Assembly: GCA_977017575.1 (NCBI GenBank)
Contig: CDRNVI010000227.1
Location: 1-40,816, forward strand
Origin: Paramoeba atlantica
Taxonomy: Eukaryota; Protista; Discosea
DNA length: 40,816 nucleotides
Reading direction: 5' to 3'
In this document: positions 1 to 12,134 of the stretch, piece by piece
Position numbering within the stretch: position 1 is the stretch's first letter
Layout: each line of letters opens with the position of its first letter
Program-made: the position numbers and the translations under genes
Notes under the pieces: generated by a model
The model's database searches: none
What the model was told of the DNA's origin: nothing
Seen by the model: the letters and a program-made list of their open reading frames with translations, nothing else

Positions 1-1
1 A

Positions 2-2508
<2,507 letters not shown>

Positions 2509-2669
2509 TTACAGTTAAGTGATAATAATGGGGAATATATCGCCAAACTAAAGGATACCGTAGTGGTAAAATTGTGCAATAGTAGTGCGCTAGTCTATGC
2601 TATAATCGCATTAAAATTAGCCAGCATCGAATGTTAGTGAGTCTATTTTATGAATGAAGGATGTGAACA

Positions 2670-3233
2670 ATGCAACAGCATAATCCAAAGCAAGAAAAAC
2701 CACATGCTAACGTGGAATCAACGCAAACAACAGTACAACTGTATCGTCAATTGTTGGAGCGATTAGCACAGATTGAACAGCAAGCACAAACCAATATGAG
2801 TGTTGGTTGGCAATTATGGTTAGACGATGCCAAGCAAGTATTGTTTGGATTAAAAACGGTAGAGCGAGATGAGATTGATAATGCGGCGTATTTCTTACAA
2901 CGTGATTTACAACACATGCGTGCGCATTTACAACAACAGCGGCATAGTTTAGCAACATGGTTAACCGTTGATATCGCATTAATTGAAGATACCTGTTGGC
3001 AATGGTTAACTCACGTAGCGGATAATATCGTATTAGCACAACAACAATTTCAAGATGATTTAGATCGTCAATGTGTATATCACGCAGGTGATGTGACTAG
3101 CCCAGGTGTTTTTGCGTGTATGCAATGTAAGAAAACACAACAGTTTATAACCGTTGTGTTATTGAAAGCTTGCGAGCACTGTGGGCATACTGAGTTTACA
3201 CGTCAGGTTAGCTCACTGACACACGATGAATAA
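2670..3233 (+). CDS. ybeL: Zinc-ribbon-containing protein (DUF1451/YbeL-like)
   Basis: C-terminal YHAGDVTSPGVFACMQC...LKACEHCGHTEF (CxxC...CxxC). It is divergent from leuS, as ybeL is in enterobacteria. Confidence 0.75.
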   Translation: MQQHNPKQEKPHANVESTQTTVQLYRQLLERLAQIEQQAQTNMSVGWQLWLDDAKQVLFGLKTVERDEIDNAAYFLQRDLQHMRAHLQQQRHSLATWLTVDIALIEDTCWQWLTHVADNIVLAQQQFQDDLDRQCVYHAGDVTSPGVFACMQCKKTQQFITVVLLKACEHCGHTEFTRQVSSLTHDE

Positions 3234-3267
3234 CAATTAATACTATCGATATAGCAAGGAGATTGTA

Positions 3268-3765
3268 ATGCTTATTCGACAAGCAACTGTTGATGATATT
3301 CCAACGATTTATCGTTTTATTTGTGAATTAGCAGATTATCAAAAGCAACGTCATCAAGTGGTTGCTACACCAGCGGTATTAGTAGAATCGCTATTTGGCG
3401 ATAGGGCACATGCCGACGTGATTCTTGCTATAGACAATAATGTACCGATCGGTTTTGCCTTATTCTTTCATAATTTTTCTACCTTTATTGGTAAACCAGG
3501 GCTGCATTTAGAAGATTTATATGTGGTACCAACCGCGCGTGGTCAGGGTGTTGGTAAGCAGTTGTTGGCTTATGTAGCACAGGTAGCAATCGATCGGGAT
3601 TGTCAGCGTTTAGAATGGTGTGTACTAAATTGGAATACCCCAGCCATTGAGTTTTATCATGCAGTGGGTGCGCAATCCATGGATGACTGGATAACCTATC
3701 GGCTCACTGACAATGCATTGGCTGATTTGGCTGCACAAATTGATGGCGGTGTGGTGGAATGTTGA
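3268..3765 (+). CDS. GNAT family N-acetyltransferase (spermidine/diamine acetyltransferase-like)
   Basis: FFHNFSTFIGKPGLHLEDLYVVPTARGQGVGKQLL and VLNWNTPAIEFY are SSAT-type GNAT motifs. Confidence 0.9.
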   Translation: MLIRQATVDDIPTIYRFICELADYQKQRHQVVATPAVLVESLFGDRAHADVILAIDNNVPIGFALFFHNFSTFIGKPGLHLEDLYVVPTARGQGVGKQLLAYVAQVAIDRDCQRLEWCVLNWNTPAIEFYHAVGAQSMDDWITYRLTDNALADLAAQIDGGVVEC

Positions 3766-3829
3766 TTATCAAAATACAGGTTAGATCTGCTGTAAAAATC
3801 ATTTGTTTTCATGGGGTTACCTGAATGTA

Positions 3830-3860
3830 TGAAAATCTTAAGTCGGACTTAAGGTTTTCA
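3830..3860. promoter_or_regulatory. 31-bp near-perfect palindrome containing a YTTAAK-N5-YTTAAK (PmrA/BasR-type) tandem box
   Basis: TGAAAATCTTAAGTC-G-GACTTAAGGTTTTCA: 14 of 15 arm positions pair. CTTAAG occurs at 3837 and 3848 with a 5-nt spacer. Function is inferred. Confidence 0.4.
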
Positions 3861-3949
3861 CAAAAAAGATAATTTGTTAACCATTTTAGCTAACTATTTG
3901 TATTTATTGGTGAATTTATACTGAATAATGACAAGCACAACCGGTGACA

Positions 3950-4585
3950 TTAGGTCATCGGTGTTGGCTTTTTGCTGCAATATGCCACGAATTTCTCATC
4001 GATAAAGCGGTAAGGTAAATGTGGATCGCGATGGGAAGCGATGCCTAAACGGGTTGTTGTTAATATAGTGTTAGGAATGTAGCCAACGTCACTAATATAA
4101 AAATGGTTGGTATCAAATTGTTGCGCATCCCAGGCGCTTATAGTTAATCCAAGACTGCGACATAATAATGCTTGCCCACTACACAACCGTTGTGGATTAC
4201 GTGGCAATCCATTTTTTTGTGGATTTAAACGTTGCATGGTAGCAATCATCGTTTGGTTATCTGTTTTTGACAAATTATCTAAATAAGGAATTGCTGATTT
4301 AATCAGTACTGCATTACCTTGACCGTGTGCGCTGATATTAAACGATGCACCGGCACGTGAATGATACATATAAATAGTACCTGCTGGCATAAATAACGCT
4401 TTGCGTTTTTCAGTATACCCTAATGAAGCATGACTGGCTTTATCTGCTAAATAATATGCTTCGGTTTCAATAACCATCGCTTGTAACCATTGATTAGCGT
4501 GTTTGACACGTATGACTTTCCCAAGCAATGCTTTGGCTAACGGTTGAGTGTCTTGATTAAAAAAGTCTTGGTTAATAGGTTTCAT
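3950..4585 (-). CDS. mpg: DNA-3-methyladenine glycosylase (MPG/AAG family)
   Basis: LAKALLGK, IETEAY, DKASH, GTIYMY, AVLIK, LCSGQALLC and TRLGI motifs. Confidence 0.9.
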   Translation of the reverse strand: MKPINQDFFNQDTQPLAKALLGKVIRVKHANQWLQAMVIETEAYYLADKASHASLGYTEKRKALFMPAGTIYMYHSRAGASFNISAHGQGNAVLIKSAIPYLDNLSKTDNQTMIATMQRLNPQKNGLPRNPQRLCSGQALLCRSLGLTISAWDAQQFDTNHFYISDVGYIPNTILTTTRLGIASHRDPHLPYRFIDEKFVAYCSKKPTPMT

Positions 4586-4678
4586 GATGTTTAAAGAAAT
4601 CGTCGTTCTCCAGAATGATGGAGCTAATTGCTACTATAAGATAACTAAGATAATAACATTATGGTTATTGTGTGTTAA

Positions 4679-5896
4679 CTATGGTGTAGCTACTAACCAC
4701 TTTCCTTGTTCTTCATCCAACTTATCTTGCACAATCGCTTCACGGATCGCAGACAATAGTCGATTTATGTAATACACATTGTGTACAGTGATCGCATGAA
4801 ATGCTAATAACTCTTTTGCCTTTAACAAGTGATGTAAATACGCACGTGAAAATTGTTGGCAGGTATGACAACCACATGTATTATCAATTGGTGTATCATC
4901 TTGCCTAAAACATGCATTTTTTAAATTAATATGTTCTTTACCTGTCATAGGTTGTTGTGTATTTTCCCAATAGTCAGCACGCACCAATGCACCGCCATGG
5001 CGTGCTAAGCGTGTTGGGTGTACGCAATCAAAGGTATCAATGCCTTGACGTACGCCATTGAAGATATCACCAATGCCACCGATCCCAAGTAAATGAACTG
5101 GACGTTCAGGAGCTAACAATGACATGGTGGTTGCCACCACTTCGTACATTTGATCTTTGTTAGCACCCAGTGATCCACCAATCGCATGTCCAAAGAATGG
5201 ATGGTCACTGACAAACTGTGCTGCTTCGCGACGTAGATCAGGATACACCCCACCTTGCACAATCCCATATAAGGCTTGTTTACCAGTATCACTCCGCTTG
5301 AACTCGGCTAAACTTCTTAATGCCCAGCGATGTGATAATTGCATCGAGCGTTCGGTGTAGTCTTTAGTGACATGAAAGGGTGTACATTCATCTAATACCA
5401 CAATTAAGTCAGCACCTAATTGCCGTTGGATCTCAATGGATTTTTCTGGCGTTAATAGGTGTTCACTGCCGTCAATATACGATTTGAATCGTGCCCCTTC
5501 TTCGGTAATGTTGGACAGCGTTTTATTTCTTGCAATCGACCGTTTTCCTTTGATTTCATCAGCAACTGATCCGTGGCCAAGACTAAAGATTTGGAAACCA
5601 CCTGAATCAGTGAGCATTGGGCCATCCCAACCCATGAAGTGATGTAAGCCACCCATTTTTTCAACCAGTGTACTACCGGGCTGCAGCATTAAATGATACG
5701 TATTGGCTAAGATAATCTGTGTATTGGCATCACGCATGTCTTGCGGAGTGCACCCTTTAATGGCTGCTTTGGTTGCACAAAAGATAAAAGCGGGTGTCTT
5801 AACTACACCATGTGGTGTGGTTAAGACACCAAGACGCGCACGGGTTTGCTGTGCTTGATGCTGTATAGTAAACGAAAAATTAGTGTATAGGGACAT
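4679..5896 (-). CDS. tgt: tRNA-guanine transglycosylase (queuine tRNA-ribosyltransferase)
   Basis: ANTYHL, TDSGGFQIFSL, DEC, GIVQGG, FDCV and the Zn site CGCHTC...HN. The start is placed at MSLYT (5896); the ORF track start at 5926 lies further inside yhhQ. Confidence 0.96.
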   Translation of the reverse strand: MSLYTNFSFTIQHQAQQTRARLGVLTTPHGVVKTPAFIFCATKAAIKGCTPQDMRDANTQIILANTYHLMLQPGSTLVEKMGGLHHFMGWDGPMLTDSGGFQIFSLGHGSVADEIKGKRSIARNKTLSNITEEGARFKSYIDGSEHLLTPEKSIEIQRQLGADLIVVLDECTPFHVTKDYTERSMQLSHRWALRSLAEFKRSDTGKQALYGIVQGGVYPDLRREAAQFVSDHPFFGHAIGGSLGANKDQMYEVVATTMSLLAPERPVHLLGIGGIGDIFNGVRQGIDTFDCVHPTRLARHGGALVRADYWENTQQPMTGKEHINLKNACFRQDDTPIDNTCGCHTCQQFSRAYLHHLLKAKELLAFHAITVHNVYYINRLLSAIREAIVQDKLDEEQGKWLVATP

Positions 5897-6650
5897 GGCG
5901 TTTCTTAATGGTATTACACATCGCATACACGATAGGCATGTAGGCTACCATCGTGATCAATCTTAAAATATAGGTGCCGAAAATATAGGTCCACATTAAA
6001 CTGTGCATCGAAATCGGTTCTGATGAAAAGATCACCCAAGCAAATATGCTAAATATAGTGTTATCAATCAAAAAGGCAATCGCAGTCGATACCCCTGAGC
6101 GCATCCACAATCCAAACGTATTTGATGCTTGTCGCAATTTTTGGAAGATGGCAATGTCGAGCAATTGACTGGCAATATACGAAATGACACTTGCTGCAAA
6201 AATAGCAACAGACGGAGTGAACAATACCTTCATGGCATTATGTGCTGTAACAAAATGAAAGTTTTCATTAGAGGGCAATACGTCAAGTGGTGTCGTGCCC
6301 AAGGTTAGCAACATGGAAATCGATATGAAAAAAGATGCAGTAAACCCAAGCCCAATAGCACGACGTGCAGCACGTGGTCCAAAGCATTCAGTTAATGTAT
6401 CGGTAGTAACAAAACTGGATGAAAAAATAATAGTGCCCAACGCAACTGGGTCTTGTAAAAAATTCAACTGTACGCCTTTTAACACTTGAATATTACCAAT
6501 GATAATGGCGAGCACACCGTAAACATATAAACCCGGTTGCCCAAAAAAACGTGCCATAACGAACATGATCATGCTGCTAAACAAAAACAGTGCTAGCAAC
6601 GGCAATTCCGGCGGAAACGTGTTAGCAAAAGCAATAAATGCGTCAATCAT
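5880..6650 (-). CDS. yhhQ: Queuosine precursor transporter (YhhQ / Vut_1 family)
   Basis: Polytopic membrane protein with TDTLTECFGPRAARRAI, ASVISYIASQLLDIAIF and RSGVSTAIAFLIDNTIF. It overlaps the tgt start. Confidence 0.88.
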   Translation of the reverse strand: MIDAFIAFANTFPPELPLLALFLFSSMIMFVMARFFGQPGLYVYGVLAIIIGNIQVLKGVQLNFLQDPVALGTIIFSSSFVTTDTLTECFGPRAARRAIGLGFTASFFISISMLLTLGTTPLDVLPSNENFHFVTAHNAMKVLFTPSVAIFAASVISYIASQLLDIAIFQKLRQASNTFGLWMRSGVSTAIAFLIDNTIFSIFAWVIFSSEPISMHSLMWTYIFGTYILRLITMVAYMPIVYAMCNTIKKRHVPIH

Positions 6651-6754
6651 GCGAACTCCGAATGATATTATCTTGCTGTAGAAATTTTGTATGGTAATCG
6701 ATTTTGCTGTGAAAAAATAGAGGAAAAACCATATCTACTACTAATGGTTATTTG

Positions 6755-7516
6755 TTACAGCACTGCTCTGATGGGTTGCAAACTAATCTGATATTGATTC
6801 AATATATCCTGAAATTGTTGGCTGGCAAAAAAATCATATTCACGTTGTCTGAATTGATCATGGTGTGTGATCGCTTGGCCAGGATGACACATGAATAACG
6901 TAGGTTGGGTCAATTTACTGATTAATGTAGCAAAGATAGTGGGGTAATCGGTTCGATTCAATGAGTAAATCCCACTGAAATTGCAGTTAGTTGGAATATG
7001 TTGTTGTGTGAGTAAGCGCCGCCAGGTTAATCCACCTAAGATATTCAAACTGATCCCTTTTAGCGTGCGTAGGTGATTCACTGTATTACGCACAATAACC
7101 TGTTTATCAGGAAAATGTTGCAGATAAAAATCGAGCAAGATTTTCCGTACTTGTGGAAATTGGTGGACATGTTGATGACCATCTATAAAGTCAGGCTGTC
7201 GGCCTACGCTGTCTTGGAAGAGATGCAATTGATCACTGAAGGCTTGTTGAATGGGTTGTGGACCAAGTCGGTGCAAATAGTTATTAACAATAAATTTCCC
7301 GAGGGTTGTATAAGGTAGATTAAGGTGTAGCCCAAGTGCAATATCAGGCAAGTTTGCCAATTGCTGCGGCATTTCCCAAGCAGGCATATTAGTCATGCAA
7401 CTAATTGCATTCAGTCTACCTATTTGTGCAAGGTGTAAAATGGCTGCGTTGATTGATTGATGTAACCCATAATCATCGGCACACAAGCAAAGTCTGTTTT
7501 TTTCAGTTGAAGACAT
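6755..7516 (-). CDS. ChbG/HpnK/YdjC family carbohydrate deacetylase
   Basis: LCADDYG, LGLHLNL, FIDGHQHVH and FMCHPG motifs. Confidence 0.92.
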   Translation of the reverse strand: MSSTEKNRLCLCADDYGLHQSINAAILHLAQIGRLNAISCMTNMPAWEMPQQLANLPDIALGLHLNLPYTTLGKFIVNNYLHRLGPQPIQQAFSDQLHLFQDSVGRQPDFIDGHQHVHQFPQVRKILLDFYLQHFPDKQVIVRNTVNHLRTLKGISLNILGGLTWRRLLTQQHIPTNCNFSGIYSLNRTDYPTIFATLISKLTQPTLFMCHPGQAITHHDQFRQREYDFFASQQFQDILNQYQISLQPIRAVL

Positions 7517-7873
7517 AATATTTACTAATGATAAATGTACTCATTGCTGTTAGTCCGGCAGCAAGATCATGCTAAATACATACGGTAAGTGCGTGTAACC
7601 CAGAAAAAAGCTATACACTGCTTGATTAATCGTGATACTGACCAGTGCTGTTGCAAAAAACCGTAATAATGTATTATGACTTTTGGGTTCGCCATTGGCG
7701 AAGGTAACTAATTTGTGTCCAAAGTAACTAATGTTAAATGCATAACAAAATGCAATAACATTGGCAAGGTATTTATTTAATTCGATAACTTCTACTAGCA
7801 GAATTAAACATAACATGTGCATAGAAAACGCAAAAGTGCCGATGATCAAAAAATACGATACTTGCTTAATCAT
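7503..7873 (-). CDS. gtrA: GtrA family polyprenol-sugar flippase (one frameshift near 7560)
   Basis: Small 4-TM protein (ANVIAFCYAFNISYFGHKLVTF). Restoring one base near 7560 gives the tail ...AGLTAMSTFIISKYYVFN*, which overlaps the deacetylase start. Confidence 0.8.
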
Positions 7874-8822
7874 TATCAAATCCGTATTTGTTTGCAATGA
7901 TATAGCCTGGTCGCTGTTTTACTTCAATGAATATTCTGCCGATGTATTCGCCTAAAATGCCGATGGATAACAATTGAATGCCACCAAAGAAGAAAACAGC
8001 GGTAACAATGGTTGCATACCCAGGGATCTTGTGATCGGAGATAATCGTATTAATCACCACTGCACTGCCATAACAAAATGCAATGATTGAAATAAGCATG
8101 CCAAATACAGTCCAAATGCGTAACGGTAGGTGAGTGAATGAGGTGATCCCAGCTAATGCCAATGAACTTAGCCGGCGCAGCTTCCATTTGCTTTCTCCAG
8201 AACGACGTTTTTCGGCGACAAACGGTATCCCAAGTGATTTAAAGCCAACCCATGCGTACAGCCCTTTCATGAAACGCGACTTTTCTTGGCATTGATTAAG
8301 TGCAGTGACGATGCTGCGATCCAATAAGCGAAAATCACCGGCATTTTTAGGAATATGAATGTTGGTAAAACGGTTAAGATAGTTGTAAAAGATTTGGGTA
8401 AACACTCGTTTTAATAACGGTTCATTTTTTCGGGAAGTTTGTATGCCATATGCCATGCTAACGCCATTTTCCCACGCGTGAATGAACTGTGGGATCAGCA
8501 TGGGTGGATGTTGGCCATCCGCATCAATAATAATCGCTGCATCACTATGGCAATGATCTAAGCCAGCTGTGATCGCATTTTCTTTACCAAAATTACGTGA
8601 CAATTGTAGTAGTTTAACCGGGTAATTACCGGTAGGTAGTTGGGTAACAATAGCAGCTGACTGATCGCTGCTGCCATCATCAATAAAGATAAATTCGAAT
8701 TGATAATCTGATAGTTGATCTAATACCGTTTGCAGTGACTGATAAAATGCAAGCAGATTATCGGCTTCATTAAAAAAAGGCACGATCAGTGTAATGGTTT
8801 TTGATAATGTCTTATGTGACAT
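7866..8822 (-). CDS. GT2 polyprenol-phosphate glycosyltransferase (GtrB/ArnC-like)
   Basis: IVPFFNEA, IDDGSSD, LSRNFGKENAITAGL, IDADGQHPP, GDFRL and RFMKGLYAWVGF motifs, two C-terminal TM helices, and GEYIGRIFIEVKQRP. Confidence 0.93.
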   Translation of the reverse strand: MSHKTLSKTITLIVPFFNEADNLLAFYQSLQTVLDQLSDYQFEFIFIDDGSSDQSAAIVTQLPTGNYPVKLLQLSRNFGKENAITAGLDHCHSDAAIIIDADGQHPPMLIPQFIHAWENGVSMAYGIQTSRKNEPLLKRVFTQIFYNYLNRFTNIHIPKNAGDFRLLDRSIVTALNQCQEKSRFMKGLYAWVGFKSLGIPFVAEKRRSGESKWKLRRLSSLALAGITSFTHLPLRIWTVFGMLISIIAFCYGSAVVINTIISDHKIPGYATIVTAVFFFGGIQLLSIGILGEYIGRIFIEVKQRPGYIIANKYGFDND

Positions 8823-8848
8823 GTCAATATATTCCTAACATTAAAAGT

Positions 8849-10426
8849 CTAGTTAGTTGGTACAATCCAAAATGCAGTTACTGTTCTTGGAAATATCGTT
8901 GTATATTGAAATCCTGTTGGATGAAAATAAATTTTCTGTTGCCTAACTGCGATATCATTGTGTTGCAGCCATGCTATTGTGTCGCGAATACAGCTATCAT
9001 ATTTCCTATCATGTTCAGTCTCAATAAAGCGACGATGATAGCATAAGATAACGCCATATTCTTTGTGCCAATTGGGATAGGGATTAACCAAGGCTGGCAT
9101 TTGATTGGGATAACCAGGCAATGCAATCGGATGATTAGGTAAATAGAAGGCTAGTGTTGCTGGCTCACGCCAAGTACCTGCTGCCCAAGACAGTGTTTGA
9201 TTAGGAAAATGTTGTTGAAAGTGTTGTGCAATAGCCTCAGCCATTTGTTGGCGTGCCATTGTGTATACGCTATATCCTGTTCGCAAATAGTACACGGGGA
9301 TGAGCAGTGTGCATATCAATACCGCAGCCCATATTGTTTTTAATACATTAATCAGCAGTTTTTTGTCTAACACATCCAGTTTATTCATCAACAAGAATGT
9401 CATCAGAATGGGCAGGGCAAACCATGCTGGAAATGCCCAGTGTTGTCGTAACCCTAGTTGCAAAAACAGACCAAGTAAGCACGTGATCACAATCGGTAGA
9501 AAACAGATAAGCCATACATTGGTTGGGATGACGTTAATAGCAGTCAGTTGTTGTTCGGTTACCGTATCACGATTGGTTTTAGTAGCGCTTTTCCACCATA
9601 AACAAATAAACGCAAACCACGCGATCGGGAGTTGGTAAAACATCGACAATAAAAAGCTAGCAATGCGAAGCACATTAAGATGACCATCAAATTTAGAACC
9701 GATGTATTGATTAGACGGGAAATGCATTTGGTATTCCCATAGTATATGCGGCAGTATTAATATGGCTATCAGCAGCATCGCGATGTAGGGGTAAATCGTT
9801 TTATAACTCGCTCTCATGTTGCGGTCAAACAGCGATATGATAAATAACGATAGCAATAATACCGCAGTGAAATACTTAGCTAACATCCCAGCAGCAGCTA
9901 ATATTGAAAACAATACCATTGCAATGAGTTTTGCTTTAACCTGATCGCATCGATAGTGATACCAGAAAAAGGTAACGGTTATCCATGGCCAAAATGATAA
10001 TAAACTTTTATCAGCATTGTATTGCCCTGCATCATAACTGTAAGCACCAGATAGCAAGGTAAATAGTAGGGTTAATAAGATAAATAGATGATATTTTTTT
10101 GATGTATTGGTAATTGCAGTTGCTTGGTTTAAGAATAAGTGTGCGAGTGTCAAAATCCCTAATACACCAATGATGGCATTGAGGTAAGCCATGATGTAGT
10201 AGGAGAGGGTATTAGTCGGAAACAAGCTAAACCAGGCATGGGTTATCCACCCTGACAATGGAGGATGTTTGAAAGAGCCTAGCATGAAACGTTGTCCCCA
10301 TGCGTAGACTTCTATCATCTCACCATAGCCGTCTAAGTTGGGTTTTAATACGTGAACAACGAAAACCCATAACAAGCAATGGAACAATAATAATAACCAA
10401 ATGGTGCGATTTTTTAAGAAAAACAT
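8849..10426 (-). CDS. GT39/ArnT-like integral membrane glycosyltransferase
   Basis: N-terminal EVYAWGQ...KHPPLSGW loop, GMLAKY and PHILW motifs, about 11-13 hydrophobic segments and a C-terminal periplasmic domain. Confidence 0.82.
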   Translation of the reverse strand: MFFLKNRTIWLLLLFHCLLWVFVVHVLKPNLDGYGEMIEVYAWGQRFMLGSFKHPPLSGWITHAWFSLFPTNTLSYYIMAYLNAIIGVLGILTLAHLFLNQATAITNTSKKYHLFILLTLLFTLLSGAYSYDAGQYNADKSLLSFWPWITVTFFWYHYRCDQVKAKLIAMVLFSILAAAGMLAKYFTAVLLLSLFIISLFDRNMRASYKTIYPYIAMLLIAILILPHILWEYQMHFPSNQYIGSKFDGHLNVLRIASFLLSMFYQLPIAWFAFICLWWKSATKTNRDTVTEQQLTAINVIPTNVWLICFLPIVITCLLGLFLQLGLRQHWAFPAWFALPILMTFLLMNKLDVLDKKLLINVLKTIWAAVLICTLLIPVYYLRTGYSVYTMARQQMAEAIAQHFQQHFPNQTLSWAAGTWREPATLAFYLPNHPIALPGYPNQMPALVNPYPNWHKEYGVILCYHRRFIETEHDRKYDSCIRDTIAWLQHNDIAVRQQKIYFHPTGFQYTTIFPRTVTAFWIVPTN

Positions 10427-10448
10427 AGTGCCAGTTAGTCAGACAAGG

Positions 10449-10482
10449 TGGTGGCCAGAGGCAGAATCGAACTGCCGACACG

Positions 10483-10517
<35 letters not shown>

Positions 10518-10524
10518 TCTGGCC
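10449..10524 (-). tRNA. tRNA-Phe (GAA)
   Basis: The reverse complement GGCCAGATAGCTCAGTCGGTAGAGCAGAGGACTGAAAATCCTCGTGTCGGCAGTTCGATTCTGCCTCTGGCCACCA folds as a 76-nt cloverleaf with encoded CCA. Confidence 0.97.
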
Positions 10525-10541
10525 ATTTATATAAGCCGGCT

Positions 10542-10570
10542 ATTAAACCTGAGGTCTGTGGCGGCGTCAA
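10542..10570 (-). promoter_or_regulatory. Sigma70-type promoter of tRNA-Phe
   Basis: Minus strand TTGACG-N17-TTTAAT, ending 17 nt before the tRNA 5' end. Confidence 0.6.
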
Positions 10571-10579
10571 GCAATATAG

Positions 10580-10610
10580 ACTCGGCGCCCTTGAATTGTA
10601 GGCTTTGTTG
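10580..10610. repeat. Dispersed 31-bp intergenic repeat, copy 1
   Basis: ACTCGGCGCCCTTGAATTGTAGGCTTTGTTG is 29/31 identical to 16749-16779, with a 21-nt exact core. Confidence 0.85.
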
Positions 10611-10690
10611 GCGGCGCGATCTTGCTCTATGCTTGGCATCTCGAAATACTTTGGGTAGATAACATTCGATTGCATGTGAGTGGTTATGTA

Positions 10691-10981
10691 TTATTCTGTT
10701 GTATTTGGATCACGATCAGGCTCAACAAACCCCGGTGGCCGTTCACTACCGTCGCCAAATAAAAACGTTTGCATTTCAGCTGCTAAAAATTCACGTGCTT
10801 GTGGTTCTAATGTGCTTAGGCGGTATTCATTGATCAACATCGTCTGATGACGTAACCACATATCCCATGCTTCTTTAGAAATCGATTGATAAATACGTTG
10901 GCCTAATTCGCCTGGGTAAGGGGGGAAATCAAGTCCGGGTGCGCTACGCCCTAATTTTTGGCACATCACGTCACGACTCAT
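10691..10981 (-). CDS. yggX: Oxidative damage protection / Fe(II)-trafficking protein
   Basis: [10 protein letters not shown]...[33 protein letters not shown], located directly downstream of mutY as is usual. Confidence 0.95.
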   Translation of the reverse strand: MSRDVMCQKLGRSAPGLDFPPYPGELGQRIYQSISKEAWDMWLRHQTMLINEYRLSTLEPQAREFLAAEMQTFLFGDGSERPPGFVEPDRDPNTTE

Positions 10982-11003
10982 AACAGTACATACTCCTGAT
11001 ATT

Positions 11004-12134
11004 TCAAATATGCTCTTCGTGTTTTAAATGTAAGTCTTTGTTGGCGTCGCCTTGCCTACATTCAAAACGCTTTGAGTACAGTGTTGTTAATAATGATTTA
11101 ATTGGTTTTGCTAAACCTACTGCAGCAGGTTGCGTCAAGTTATACCAGATATGGGCAGGTTGTGCTAGTAATGTTGGGGTTTTCTCCAAGGTAACAACGC
11201 TGGCTTGAATCGCTAAATGATAATGACTAAACGTATGTCGAAACTTAGCGAATGGTGTGACCTGAGTGGGTTGTACGTCATAAGTGTATTGTACCCAGTC
11301 AGCGATGTCGTCTGTATTGCATTCTGGAAAGCACCATAAACCACCCCAAATACCGTGATTGGGGCGCTGAACTAATAATACAGTATCTGTATCAAGTTGT
11401 AAGATCACAAAATGCGTGTGTTTAGTCGGCAAACACTTTTTCGGTTTGCGTCCAGGAAATACAGTTGGTGTGGTTTGACCACGACAAATATCGTGCAGGG
11501 GACAACTGCTACACACAGGATTAACCCGTTTACACACGGTTGCCCCTAGATCCATAATGGCTTGAGTATATGTCGCTGCTTGTTCTGCTTGCGTAGGCGT
11601 ATAGTGTGTTGCTAATTCCCATAATTGTTGCTGTGTGTGTTTCTCACCTGGCCACGTGTCGATCGCATGGGTACGTGCTAATACCCGTTTTACATTGCCA
11701 TCTAAAATGGGATGAGGTTGTTGTAATGCTAGTGACAAAATTGCCCCAGCAGTTGAACGTCCGATCCCAGGCAATATCATCATATCAAGCAGTGTTGTTG
11801 GGAATTGTCCATTGTAGTGTTGTTGTAATAACTGTGCACTGCGATGTAAATTGCGTGCGCGTGCGTAATATCCTAAGCCTGCCCAGTGATGTAATACATC
11901 ATCAAGTGGTGCACTAGCTAAATCAGCAATTGTAGGGAAACGTGCCATGAAACGTTTAAAATACGGAATAACCGTGGCAACTTGTGTTTGTTGCAACATG
12001 ATCTCCGATACCCACACTCGATAAGGCGTTATCGGTTGTTGCCACGGTAAATCATGTCGCCCTGATGTAGCAAACCAGGGTAATAAGCGGGAATGTAGTG
12101 CAGTTGTAGCTAGTTTACTCAGTAAATCATTCAT
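11004..12134 (-). CDS. mutY: A/G-specific adenine glycosylase
   Basis: [46 protein letters not shown] and the 4Fe-4S motif [17 protein letters not shown]. Confidence 0.97.
   Translation of the reverse strand: MNDLLSKLATTALHSRLLPWFATSGRHDLPWQQPITPYRVWVSEIMLQQTQVATVIPYFKRFMARFPTIADLASAPLDDVLHHWAGLGYYARARNLHRSAQLLQQHYNGQFPTTLLDMMILPGIGRSTAGAILSLALQQPHPILDGNVKRVLARTHAIDTWPGEKHTQQQLWELATHYTPTQAEQAATYTQAIMDLGATVCKRVNPVCSSCPLHDICRGQTTPTVFPGRKPKKCLPTKHTHFVILQLDTDTVLLVQRPNHGIWGGLWCFPECNTDDIADWVQYTYDVQPTQVTPFAKFRHTFSHYHLAIQASVVTLEKTPTLLAQPAHIWYNLTQPAAVGLAKPIKSLLTTLYSKRFECRQGDANKDLHLKHEEHI

Noticed and set aside
6650-10524. Prophage or genomic island integrated at tRNA-Phe (gtr-type serotype conversion)
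   Set aside because: I found no duplicated tRNA 3' end (att site), integrase or phage gene, and no obvious compositional shift. An old, eroded acquisition cannot be excluded.
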